From the NCBI GenBank assembly GCA_011109175.1, contig RDEW01000013.1:165476-229475 (forward strand): a stretch of 64,000 nucleotides of DNA, read 5' to 3'. Numbering within the stretch: position 1 is the stretch's first letter; each line of letters starts with the position of its first letter. This DNA is from Dicyema japonicum. Its lineage: Eukaryota > Animalia > Dicyemida. Of the stretch, positions 38,961 to 53,410 are shown in pieces. The notes under the pieces are model-generated. The model saw only the letters and a program-made list of their open reading frames with translations. It made no database searches and was not told where the DNA came from. Position numbers and translations under genes: made by a program.

Positions 38961-39555
38961 TTTTGATCAGACGCCCTCCGGAGTGGGATTTCTATCCATC
39001 TCGGAATCGACCTGTTCCAGCCTCATTCATGCCGTTGTGGATCTGTTGTTACAGACTCTCTACAAGATTCCATTTTCAGTCCATTGTTGTCGAGACAAGT
39101 GGAGTCTTCGGACCCAAGATGGTCTCTTTTCTAAGATCGCTTGGGTCTATGATCTTTAAAGTCAGCAACGAGTGTCGGGAAAAATGGTTGTTCCAGAGGA
39201 TTTCTCTGGCAGTTGTCAGGGGAACACCCATTCCATTATTTCAACTGGATGCTAGGTAGAGCTGCTGCTCTCACTATCTTTTGTTGACGTCCAATCAAAA
39301 ATGTGATGGTATAGCTTAAAATACTGGTTTGTCATACTAAAATTATAATTTATTAACTTTATGTATAATTATTTCAACTTCCAAAGTCTCATTTCACACT
39401 GAATGTATCTATGAATCCTTGTTCCACATACGGTTGACCTAATCCGTCGGATCGGCTCAATGCTCCAAAGGGTCACCAATGAGACTGGGTGACTTCGAGA
39501 GCGTATCTCGATAGCTATTGTCAGAGGAAACAGCATGACCATTCAAGCTCCTTAA
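38960..39555 (+). mobile_element. Two CRE RLE 3' fragments
   Basis: IVVETSGVFGP..WLFQRISLAVVRG (38963-39259) and ERISIAIVRGNS (about 39430-39555). Confidence 0.75.
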
Positions 39556-40699
39556 GTTAAAATAAAAATTAATTTTATTAAAAATAAATCAACTGCTTCA
39601 ATTATTAAATTATATAAATAATCGTTCACCCCCACCAGAATATCATGACGTTTCCTAAAACCGATTTGCACGAAAACGCCTGCTTAATGAGGATCGATGC
39701 TACGCTTAAAAATAAAGTTAATGTAAACGCAAAAGTTAAACATCCTCGGGTTGATACAAAGTGCCAGAAATTAATGTAAATTTTTTTAATTAATTTTTTT
39801 TTACAAAATTTTTTAACAATTAAACAAATGTCAGTTGAGGAAGCCTGCTGCGTGGATTGCGAACGAGTTCCCTCGGAGTATGGCTATTCCAATCTTTTGT
39901 CTTAAAAATTTTTTAATTAAAATTAAATGTGAATTCAAAGGATTTGTGATTAGTAGCTTAGTCTATCAGATAATACACCACTACCAAACTATTAATGAAA
40001 GGTTAGAGACCATATAAGATAGATCCCCCATGTTGATTAGATATAAAAGTATGTTCTCAAGAAGTTCCTTCATAGAAAAAAATTACCAATCATACACTAA
40101 ACATCCCCTGTTCTCTTTTCACTAATCAAATTCTCAAACTGAATCGTAAGCTATGTAACAAACGAATTCCTTTTAAATCCTTTACTAATTTTTCGAAAAA
40201 TTTGCGGTTTTTAACAGTAAAACAATTAAGTGTATCCAGTTTTCACTGTTACAAGTCCTTCAACGACACACAAATCCTACAGAACCAGCATAAATAGTCA
40301 AAGACCTCCATTTCCTTGCAGTTTTGGAAACCCCTCTAGTGGAGAAAATCAAATCATTATTTTTCGTGCCAGTCTTTCACTGGGTACATGACGCCACTTT
40401 AGCAGGAAAAGGAAGAGGAGGAACAAAAAAACAAACAAAAGTCTTCAACCAATTAGCCACATAGCACACGGTGTAAAAATAAAACGTGAGGCATAATAAA
40501 GCTGTGAGGCCTCTCTACCTACTTTATGCGATAAGTATGAAATATATTTCAGATAGTTATTATAAAATGCAGTCTGTCGTTGAAAATCCACGAAACAGTG
40601 GAAGCAGAACAGAAATGGTGGTATAATATTTTCACAAATGTATTCGGGATAATCAGCAAAGTATATGAATTGCATCGTTGATAAATTCCACAGAAAGAT

Positions 40700-41165
40700 A
40701 CGGTTAGTTCAACCATTGAATATCGTGAAATACTATCCAAATCTCAATATTTTTATTGGAGTGAGATTCATCTAGTCCACATTATTTTTTTTATAATTGG
40801 TCCTTTAAATTCAAAAAATCTCCTCCAACGCTGATTTACTCCTATCCGATTTACTTAAAGCTATCATTTCCTACATTATCATGGACGAATACTAAGAAAA
40901 TTGAGGACGTTCAAAAGAAGGCTTTCAGAATGACGGAAGCGGTGGTCTTGTGGGAGACACAGAACCGGACCGACTACTCTGGAGGCCCTCATTAAACAAA
41001 ACTCCGGCATGCGGGAAGGTGGCCCTGCAAATACAGTCAGTTGTACGAGCTTGTGTGGGTACGAGGGAGGAGCACCGGGAAAGAATGAGGATTTTGGCGA
41101 AGCGCATCGGGATCACGTGATAGTTATTTTTGGTTTTACCGTGGTCTTGGGTGTTAAATAAATAA
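40700..41165 (+). mobile_element. CR1/jockey-type LINE 3' fragment
   Basis: KIEDVQKKAFR motif followed by an A-rich tail. Confidence 0.5.
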
Positions 41166-42453
41166 AATAAAAATTTCCGATTTCATTTCAGGCACATTTA
41201 TTTCGATAATTTTCCAAAAATATGGTTTCCAACATCTTGCCACCTTCAGTTATATATTTTCGATCTCTTTAATTGTTTAACATTCTATAGATACCTTCCT
41301 TGGTCTCCCTGATTTTGTTGGATATGGTTCTCCGATTGATACCACGCAGCGTCTCAATTTTTTATGTAGCCAAGCCCTCTACAAATTAATTACACAGTAT
41401 CGATCGGAATTAAATATGATGCAAACTCTCACACCGGCTTTATTCTACACGCAGTCCTCAGAGTCATGTGGTCCAACACACTTGAGACGTCTCTGTTTGC
41501 TTTGGAAGAAGCGAACCGAATGTCGGAAGCGTTGACATTATTAATATCTGATTTTTGGCTTCCGAGCGCATACACAACGTATCTTTTTAAAACTAATCGT
41601 AAGCTAAGACACACAAGCGATGTTGTTCTGCTTCAAAAATAATGGGTCACTCTGGCAACTCGGAGTCTTCTACAGTTTACTGTATTAAAGCGGACACTAG
41701 ACACCATTTGAGGAAATCCTTTCCGAGTCGAGGCGATTGGGGTCGTTCATGCTAGAAACCAGTTTTTTTCACTAGAAGGGACCTGAGGTAAAAAAATAAA
41801 AATCCTATAAAATTCCATGAATGTGTGAGAGGTCTCTCTGATCACTTCTATTTCGAACCTCTGCCTAATTTAAAGTCTTCGAAGCGATCCTTCATCCGAT
41901 ATTGGTGGGAAAGGAGTACGTTATCTCTCTTATTATTAAATTATTCCAAAAACCATTACAAAAACCAAACCAAGTGTAAGACCAAATTAACTAATTCTTG
42001 ATCCTGACGCGCACATTAATCAAGAGGACATTGTCATGGGAGCTGAGGTCGATTCCAGAAATTGTCACTAGGAAACGAAGTTGTCTCCCGGTGAAATGAA
42101 TAGATGGATCCTGTGAATGCTGGCCAGGCATTTTGGCATCTCCTAAGTAAGATGGTTTTAATAACACCATCAGAAGAAAGGAAGAGAAATCTTCAATAAG
42201 GTAGCCACATGACATCACAACCAATTTCATTAAAAAAAGTTGGTTTTCCAACTCTGCGCATTATCAATTGTCGAAGCGAAAAATAAGGTCCCTAGACGGA
42301 AAAGAAATCTTCAATCAAGTTAAACAGAATCGAATCGTCAAGAGGAAAAATGATAGAAGAGATTGAGCGATTCCTTGTAAATCGTCAGAGAAAATGCGTT
42401 CTCAATAATGAGAGCAGCCAGTAATTGCTAATTTTTATATTTAATTGGCTTAA

Positions 42454-45400
42454 GAAAAATAATCAGTTAATTTATCCCAGTAAATCATATTTAAAACTGC
42501 CATCCATCCAAAGTGGACCCCGCCGACATTATCGACGTTGCGTTGCCTCTCACGACTGCAACAGAATCAACTGGAGTAGCCACCGGGTCTCACGTGCGTC
42601 GTGGCTTTTTAGTGTAGCTAAGCGTCCAAGTTTCTTTAGGAAGCGAAGCGATTTTCCACTTATTCCTCCAGTTGTCTCGACCACTATCGGATAAAACGCG
42701 AATCGGTCGCGTAGCGCTTCGTATTCTTCTCCTTTGCCATCATCGTTTTTTCCGCGGAATACAGTGTGTCTACCGCGCTCCCGACAATGTTGGACGGGCA
42801 AAGCGTGTCGACACAAGTAGCGTCCCAGACCAAAGGTTTCCCCTCTTCGAATGGGAAAATTGTGATCCCGTCGGGACGTTTTCCGTCTCCTCTGTCCAGA
42901 CCAACAGGTTCTAGTATGGCTGGGTATCCCGCAGACTCCAGGGCTCGCTTGACAATTCCGTTGATCGCCTTGTGTCTTGGGAATCGTCCTGCACTCCTTC
43001 GACAAGAGAGGGCATGGAGTCCATAACAATCGACGGTTGCGCCACATCGGCATTTGTGGGTCCGGCAAATCTCCAGTCCAAGTCTGGTGGAGATGCCGAT
43101 GCGGACAGTATCGTCGTCAAGATGGGTCCCGACACTGCCAACTGGGAGTGCATTGATCCATGCGCCACTCGATTCGCATCTTCCAGTGACTAGACATGCA
43201 CGTCTGTGTTGGTTTGATTGGTTCAGAAGCCTCTCATATTTATCCTCGCAGATGGTCCTGTAACGATCTTTCTGCTCAGGCATCATCCCCTTCAAATGCT
43301 CCATCTCTGTGATTTCAGATGATTCTGTTTGGAGTTGGAGAATCATCCTGACCAGCAGTCGGCTGGAGCCCAAAGAGGATAGATAAGCAGGGCAAGCCAG
43401 ATCTTTCGTTGAAGGGATTCCCAGTCCGCCCAGGCTAACGGGTAGGGTCGCTTGGTCCCACCCTTGGTCGTCAAATTTCACATTTGTGATACGTTCAATA
43501 GTACTCCGGAAGAGGGAATCGATAGCATCGAGCTGTTGCATTTTCAAGTAGCAGGGTGCCCCCCGAAGAACGTAGTTCAGTTTCTGTGCTGATAAGGCGT
43601 TTCTCAGAGGAATAGGGAGGTGTGTGCGTCCAGCATCTCCAGACGTCTGAATGTTGTTTTTAGTTGATGTTCTTTTGTTCTTAGAGTGTTACTGATTCCA
43701 GCATCAGTAAGAGGGCATCCAAGTATTTCCAGTTGTTCTGATTTGGTTTCTGTGGCTTTCGGAATGATCTCTCTGAACATACCAAGGATCAGATCCCATT
43801 CAGACTGTGGAAATCCAAAATTGGTTACTTCACACTTATTGGTGTTTAGAGTTAGGCATAGGGATTCCAATTGTACTATCAGACTTTTCAAACAATCTAG
43901 TACATCCTTCGGATGGCCGCCCATGGTGCAATCATCCAAATACCATACTCTCAGAGGAGTGGAGCAGTATCCTGTGATACGGGCAATTCCCAGGCTGAAC
44001 AAGGCGGGCCCCAGTGGGTCTCCTTGTTGGACTCCAGAAGACGATGGAATGTAATATTGGCCATGTACCAGACTGGATGGTTTTCCGTACGAGCTATGAA
44101 TATAGCTGTACACTGATGGGTAGTATGTGAAGCAATCCTCCAGAATTGTATCACGTCGTATCGAGTTGAAGGCATTTTTAATGTCAATTTTGACGATTAC
44201 GTGAGGAATGTTCACGTTCTTTTCGGTGAATGTTCGGACAGCATGAACTGCCGCTTCACAACCCCCCGGTGTGCCGACCCCTATTTGGGTTGGTTGCAGC
44301 TGTGTTATCAGCGTAGGTAGGATTGCTCTGCATACAAGCTTTGATGCCAACCGACGGAAGACCATTCCGACTGCAATAGGGCGTATTCCACCTCCCTTCT
44401 TGTCGAATGCGATTAACTTTGCGGAAACATTACGTGTCGAATTGTTTCTGGTAGTGTCCCTGATAGCATCCTGTTCATTAGTTTGGTGATAGCCAACACG
44501 AGCCGGACCCCAGAGTTGCCCGTGTTATGAGCAATGAGATCTTTGATGTGACCCGGACGGAGCCCATCTAGTCCTCCACTGCTACTCGGGACGAAAGAGA
44601 GGATCCATCTTTTACGTCCTCTTCAGAGACAAGCAGATTGGGTAATTGTCCTGGGCAAGGGGGAACCCGGTGGTCGTTGGGAAGACTTGGGTGTCGCTCA
44701 ACAAGTGATGCGTAGGACTGTTCGGACGGCTCAATTATACATTGTTGATCTGCAAGGATCCTCACCGCAGCACGGATACCACCTTCCGAAAGTTTTCGAC
44801 GGATCGCGCTTCTTAATCTCTGAGTGTCCGAGATAGTCGATGTTGGCTTCTCATGGTTTTGAAATTTGTAGGTGAGCTTTTCTGAGTTGCCAATAGGTTT
44901 TTTGAGAAGAATGTGTGGACATTTCCTTTACTAATGACGTAAGTGATTTCTCTCTTTCCCCTCCTATGGGGTATGCATAGTGTGAATGGAGCAAAGCAAA
45001 ATAATCGTACCCAATCATCAGAGTCGTCCGAAGAAACTGCCCTTTCAATACACTCACATAGGCAGTCCGCGACAGATATACGGGCAGCTTTGGGGATCCT
45101 AATCAGGAGTCTTCGTGTGTGTGTCAGGTTGGAGATCAATTCAAGTATTTCCTGATGGTCTAGTGGAACATGTTCAGAAGGGTAGCGTAGGGAAGAGTTT
45201 GTCGTATTATCTGGTAGGGACAAGATCGACAGTGCCAATCGGAAATGGCAGCCAGGGCTCTTTTAGTCATTCCGGCACAGGACATGTGGAAGCCATACGA
45301 ACATGCTGTGCAATGGATCATCCGCTTTCTTTTGTTCATTATGTTGCACTTTGTGCAGATCTCATATTCTTTTACAGTTTTCTGCATGTTCTTTTCTGAT

Positions 45401-45470
45401 TTTACTTTCTTATTCTCTTCTTATCCTCTTCTTTTAGCAACACAACGAGAACAGACGACACAACGTGCAG
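42454..45470 (-). mobile_element. Full-length CRE-clade retrotransposon (PHD finger - RT - CCHC - RLE), frameshifted
   Basis: PHD CxxC..CxxC..HxxC..WxCxxC (45160-45387). RT: DIKNAFNS, GVQQGDPLGPALF, YLDD. RLE: CRCG..HALSC, RHK, RPDG, WDATC. An 11-bp TSD AATTGGCTTAA lies at 42443-42453 and 45471-45481. Confidence 0.93.
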
Positions 45471-46953
45471 AATTGGCTTAATAAATTTTAAAGAAAAGGT
45501 AAAGTGCTTTAATGTAACCGTAAAGACATACATTAACCATATTGATGAAATATATCAAAATATGATATTTGTTTTACCATAGTGAGAAAAAACCTATACT
45601 AGAGAATAATATCTCCCAATGCAAAGATTTCTGCAAAATATATTTGTTTGTCAAAAACATGGAATCGTTATGCAATCATTGTATATTAATTTATTTTGAA
45701 AACTCAAGACCACAAAGAGAGTATTAACTCACTAAATTAAGTGATTCCAGCCTCCAACATATCTCGAATTCTCTTCGAATGCTCCGCCAGTGAACCAACT
45801 GGATTCCTGAAGTGTCTTCTTTTATGTCTGAGGAGGAATTCTATCGGAGTGCACGATCTGAATTTCTCCGCATGTCTGAATGGGTTTCCCAGCTCTTTGC
45901 ACATACGTAGGAAGCCCTTCTCATTTATCAGCGTCGCTGCCTCTGATAGAGACTGGGGATAAAAAAATTAGTGTGGCGTCACCACCACCTGTTGTTGTGG
46001 TGGCGCTCAATACAAGTTTTGCATGGAAAAAAACAGTTCGTCTAGGGAAGAAGGAGCTGGTTTATTGAGCGTATTTTTTACAGATTGTCAGGGGAGATGC
46101 GTTTTCAATTCTGAGAGCATCCAGCCTCGACTGAAGGAACTTATAGTGGTTGTTAACTGTATGTGTAGTTAAATAAATTTGTGATCTGTAAAAATGAAGA
46201 CAAATAACTCCCTTGAAAGTTAAAATAACTTCTCACGAGCACTCCAAACTAGTTGTGGTGGAAAAGTGATATTATCTAAATACCAATAAGTTATCCATAT
46301 TCAACGAAGCACGTGACTATCGGGATAATATACTATTGTACTGGCACGTGACTACTATTTGATGCGAGATACCTTACAACGTCAGACACAAGTCCGTCCA
46401 GAGCAAATGGAAATGATCGAAAACATCCAGTCCTTGGAGATTTGGGATCTTTCTCAAAAATTAAATGATCCTTTTAAGCATCTTTTCTAGTAGAACAAAA
46501 GAAGGGAGAGCAAAAGAAAAACTTTCAGCAACATAACTTGTGAAGGGAATCGAACCCACAAAGCACTGTTAATGAAATCCCAATCACTAAGGTGTTTAAT
46601 CAAATTCATGAGAGTTTATGATGTCTCCTGGAGCCATTATTTCATCCAATCACACAAGAAAAAAACAGAGAGTTTCCAGTCACCATAAAAGGCAGTAGAC
46701 ACAATTAGCAATAGAGGTATGTCCGCCTTACAAAAGCTTTTAGGTTACAATGAAGGGTAGTAGCCACCCAAAGTATGAATCACCAAAATCGTGCGATCGA
46801 TTATAAGCTTGAATAAAATAATTAATTGATTTAAAGTAAATATTTAATATTCTATTATTTAAATTGAATTTTATCCAAACTAACTTTTATAAAGCTTTGT
46901 CATCATTACTAATAATTGTCAGATTTAAATAATAATCGTGAATCATCGATTTA

Positions 46954-49134
<2,181 letters not shown>

Positions 49135-49559
49135 TAAATCAACGTTTAGTGTCCTCTTTTGTGATGACTTGAATTCAAATTAAGAGGTTCTGGTCTGACA
49201 AGGATGCCGAACGATTGATTTCATAATTTTTCTAATTTCTAAGTTTTCTGTTTATAACATATTTTTATCGAGTCATTTGAAATTAAATATGGTTGGGAGA
49301 TATGTGAGGACCACTGTCCTGCCGAACTTTAGTCTTACGGGAACGGCGGTCTCTAGAATTTGAAAGTCATCTTATATTATTATTACTCTCCCTTTGCCTG
49401 CCCTGATAAAATCGTCACAGGTGGTCACGTGCAACACACAAACTTGTACAGTAACTTTTCTAGAATTTCCAGATTTCGGTTTCTGGAAAAAATTGTCTCC
49501 ATATTTTAGAAGTAACATGGGAATCTCGTGGATGCAATTTATTTTAGTACCAGTCAGCA

Positions 49560-50460
49560 CTTCCACCAAGTCGTTTTAAGTAAAATAGGTAGACCCCGGA
49601 TCTCTCTTCGGTTTTCTGAAAGAATATGCGTAAATGAAATAAAGGTACATCTATAAGTATACAATGGACGTATGTCACCAACGTAACCTTCCGTCAAATT
49701 AGCCACTATAGACTAATTCGGTATAATTATTATTCCATATTCAATACTTTATTGCCAAGGATCATCTAATCCAAATGTCAATGATTAGTATCTTTTCCTG
49801 TGATTGATTTCTTTTTTTAGCCTTCAAAGCATTTTCATCTAGCGGCCTTCACAACCAACTCTCGACGCCTAAAATATTTTGTTGAACAAGCATCCACCAC
49901 CACGTCACAATCTGCGCTTTGTCACTCTCCGAGCTGAAGTGAGTACCAGACCGCATCAAGCTAGCAAATACTCTTTGCTAATTTGTCCTCAGTAGCAGTG
50001 GCGGGCTCAATGGAATAAGGTCATTTGAAAGACCTGACTTCTTTGTCCTTTGGAGATCCAAGACTTTGTCCTACAAATTCAATTACCTCGGTTACGAACC
50101 GGATTTTGTTTGGAGAACTTCGTGAAGTTGGCCGTCACATCCTGTTTTCTGCCAGTCTGATAGCCTTTGATAAGAAAGGAGGCGAAGTGCCCCGATAGTG
50201 GTTTGTCTTCAGGAGGCTGGGTACCAAGATTGCCTTCATATATTATGTTTCCTTGTAACATATTTCTTAAGCCCTCCTAAAGTAGGAGTCGAGTATGTCT
50301 CTGATGCGAAGTCGCTGTTCATTCCGTTAAAATATTCAAAACCGCATTATAGAGATTCTCGAGGACATGTTCTTGTCAAACTGAACATCAAGAACGCTTA
50401 GAGACGTGTATGGAAAGATTCCCTAATATCTTCGAAATAATGAACCAGTCGTATAGTCCG
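49560..50460 (+). mobile_element. Degraded CRE RT fragment
   Basis: SSGGLNG, HILFSASLIAFDKKGG, FRRL, LNIKNA. Confidence 0.75.
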
Positions 50461-50479
50461 CCCATAACAAAGAAGCAAG

Positions 50480-51110
50480 AAAGTGCATAAAGAGTGATTT
50501 TTCTTGAAATCAACAAATCTTTGATTAAAGACGTTCATTTTATTTTTAGTACCACAACAGTTTCTTTGGCATAATGATTTTTGTTAACAAGTTGTTTTTT
50601 GAATTCATCTTCAATATCAGGAAAATGGGTAAAATTTTCTTTTGAGATATCCACAATTCTAAATTCATTTTGAAAGAATTTATTGATTATATCGAGAATG
50701 TATTTATCCCTGTAATTCCAAATTTAGTTCATTCAGTTTTGTGGTAATATCAGTTAAAAATGCCAATCAGGTTATCAAGAAAATGCCAATCCTTATTGTT
50801 TTCTTTTGAAAATAATATGCGGTAATAATTCTCTAAAAACGAGTGAGAATTAATCCCTTGCTCAGCCTGTGTCACAGTGCAAAAGTAGATCGCCTTAGTT
50901 TGCATCGACCTGGTAGAGAAAAAGTCGAAATAATCTTCTTTGTAGGGCCTTAGCACGGATAAAATTAATATTTTAACGGTTGTCTGCATAAAATAGTTAA
51001 AATCTAACATTTTTCCATAAAATGCATGTTGGTGAATGATATGTGAAAAAATACGGAAAATGAATGTCTTCCCGACAAAATGCAAGAAATCCATTTTGAT
51101 TTCCAATTAT
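50480..51110 (-). mobile_element. hAT (SPIN/GTF2IRD2-like) transposase remnant
   Basis: HIIHQHA.. (CIIHQEAL-like) and DITTKLNELNLELQG in the adjacent frame. Confidence 0.7.
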
Positions 51111-51139
51111 CGCAGGCAAGCTATCTGTTGTCACGGATA

Positions 51140-52240
51140 CAAGTTTCTTCATTAACAGTAGCTGGGAATCCTTTGCTGCAGAAAAAACGATGAGGGAAAA
51201 GGAAAAGAAATTCGAAGTGCAATGCGACCGATTCGCGTTCTACCCCATTGTTGTTGAGACGATTGGAGGATTAAGTGGGAAATTGCTTCGTTTCCTAAAG
51301 AAGCTTGGACGCCTAGCTACACTAAAAAGCCACGACGTACGTGAGACCCGGTGGCTTTTTCAGATGATCTCTGTTGCAATCGTGAGAGGCAACGTCGGTA
51401 ATGTCGGCTATGACCACGTTTGATGGATTTTTGTGTTAATTATTAATTTCGTTTGTTAACAGTAATAAATCGAATAATAAAAAAATTGAAAGAATTAGAG
51501 AATTTTTCTCCAGTTGTTTTTTCTTTCATAGGTATAATAGCAAATAATTCTTCCTTGACAGTTAAATCATGGAAAATTAAACGGGAAAATACACTTGGTT
51601 GCGCCATATCAATCGCATCTTCCTTGAACTCACAACAGTCAGGACGATGTCGTGCGCCGGATCAACGCCATTTCAAGTGGAGTTTAGGTACTTTTCTGGA
51701 TGCAGAATTCGTTCGTATCGGGATATCATCGGATTGAAAGTCATCCATGCCTATGTGTCAACCTCATTGACTACTTTAAGAAGATTTGGCCTGCACCCAC
51801 TCCCTTGTAAGAAGAGTACAGGAAGATCTCCCAGACACGCAAAAAAGTAACAGTTAACAACTGTTGGCTGCTCTCATAATTGAGAACTCATTTCCTCTGA
51901 CGATTTGCAAGGAAATGCGCTCAATGTCCTTTCTCTCCGACCGTTCTTCCTCTTTGCGATGAGCGAGCCGATCCTGTTTAGCAGGGTCAGTGACCTGCTT
52001 TCAAAGATTCCTGACGTTTCGACTGCGACTGTTCGAAAATGTATTGTCCACCAAGACATGCGTATTTTTTATCTTTAGGGTCTCAGCCTTATCCGAAGCA
52101 GAGCCTGGAACAGTTGCTGTTGTTGTATGGTTAGAGAGGCTATCGACACAGGTGGCGTCCTAGGCAAGGTATCTACCATCGTAAAGTGGTTCCGCCAGAT
52201 CTTTGTTGACTTCAGTCCAAGCAACTATCTATAATAACAT
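51140..52240. mobile_element. Cluster of CRE RLE fragments: 51140-51425(+), 51590-51850(+), 51850-52240(-)
   Basis: AFYPIVVETIGG..WLFQMISVAIVRGN, LHPLPCKKSTGRSPRH, VAVETSG. Confidence 0.8.
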
Positions 52241-52753
52241 AAGTCAGCATTAATATATTTACGTGGTGGTGTTGTGGTGCGTAATTGTATTATCATGGAG
52301 CATCGTTCATATAATAGAGCACAATACACCCAAAAGACTGGACACTACATGCTCTTCATGCAGTTATGCTAAAGCACGCAAATATGGACTTTTCTGCTTG
52401 TCTTGCGGTGACTTTTTCCACCTCGGATGCATAAAGATGTCTCAGCGGGCTGTATGCTCGCTCTGCCTGTGGAATTGCATTGTCTGCATGGGCACTGGTC
52501 GGAAAACCAAGAGGATCATTCCAAACGTGCACGTCGAACCGAATGAGCCTCTAGACTTTAATGATATGGACAACCTCTTGCTCTTCTTGTCGGATCTAAG
52601 GAAAGCCAGGAAGATCCCAACCAGGATCCCAAGACCCATCCGGATCCCCGCGGCTACATGCCTGGCCTCTGCAATTGACGATGCTCTCACGTCCAACGAC
52701 CAGGAGGCCTAGCTAAAACTCCTCAGTTTCGCCCCGATGGCACTTGGAATTCC

Positions 52754-53410
52754 GGTCTCCGGACATTTGGCCGACAGACGTTTAGCCAACACACCCCTAC
52801 GGTACTAGGACATTTGGCCGATTAGGTTTTCAGTTATACACTATACATGTTACATTATGTGAAACATGTACGGTTCCATTAGTGTACGCTATTGCTCGAG
52901 AAAAATCTCAACAAATGTATGAACAAATATTTTCTACTTTCACTTTGAGCAGTGTTTAATAATAATAATAATAAAGCCTTTTCACGAGAGCCATAATATT
53001 TATAGCTCCGCATAGGCAGGACACACACTTTATTTAATAAAAGAACAGTTAATTTTAACTAATCGTACAACCAAGGAATGATCTTCACTTCTTTTTCTTG
53101 TGTGAGTGTCTTTCTAAACAATCCAGTTCCGCAGTGAGTATCCACTGATGACGGCGTCACTCGTCAAACCCTTTCTGCATCGTAGATGCGTGGAACCTTC
53201 CACCCGTAGCATAAGCCACTTAAGCCCGACACCTAACCACTATTTGGGCAGTGTTTATGGTGAAAATATAAAATCTAAGACTGCAGGCATGGTATAATGA
53301 CCCAGCAAATGCAAACTTAATTATGTATTCAAGCACTGAATTTTATCTCTGAAATTTAAAACCAAAATTTCCTGTCGGCCAAATGTCTGTCAGCCAAATG
53401 TCCTAGTACC
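52754..53410. mobile_element. Mutator-type MITE (657 bp)
   Basis: 9-bp TSD TGGAATTCC at 52745-52753 and 53411-53419. TIRs are built from GGACATTTGGCCGACA repeats. Confidence 0.85.
52960..53210 (-). mobile_element. Short interspersed element with RTE-type 3' end (second copy 54880-55110)
   Basis: The two copies share AAGGTTCCACGCAT..GACGCCGTCATCA..GTGAAGATCATTCC and end in an RTE-like terminus with a trinucleotide or A-rich tail. Confidence 0.65.

Noticed and set aside
42440-42460. Spliced-leader RNA gene as the CRE target
   Set aside because: No SL-like sequence, Sm site or tandem unit is recognisable around the TSD.
42425-44489. Many plus-strand ORFs overlapping the CRE element
   Set aside because: Antisense shadows of GC-richer RT coding sequence, with no independent motifs.
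46535-46570. GTGGGTTCGATTCCC B-box-like motif on the minus strand
   Set aside because: Isolated T-loop only; no cloverleaf.
53140-53175. CTGATGA as a hammerhead ribozyme core
   Set aside because: No GAAA after a stem II, and the second copy reads TTGATGA.
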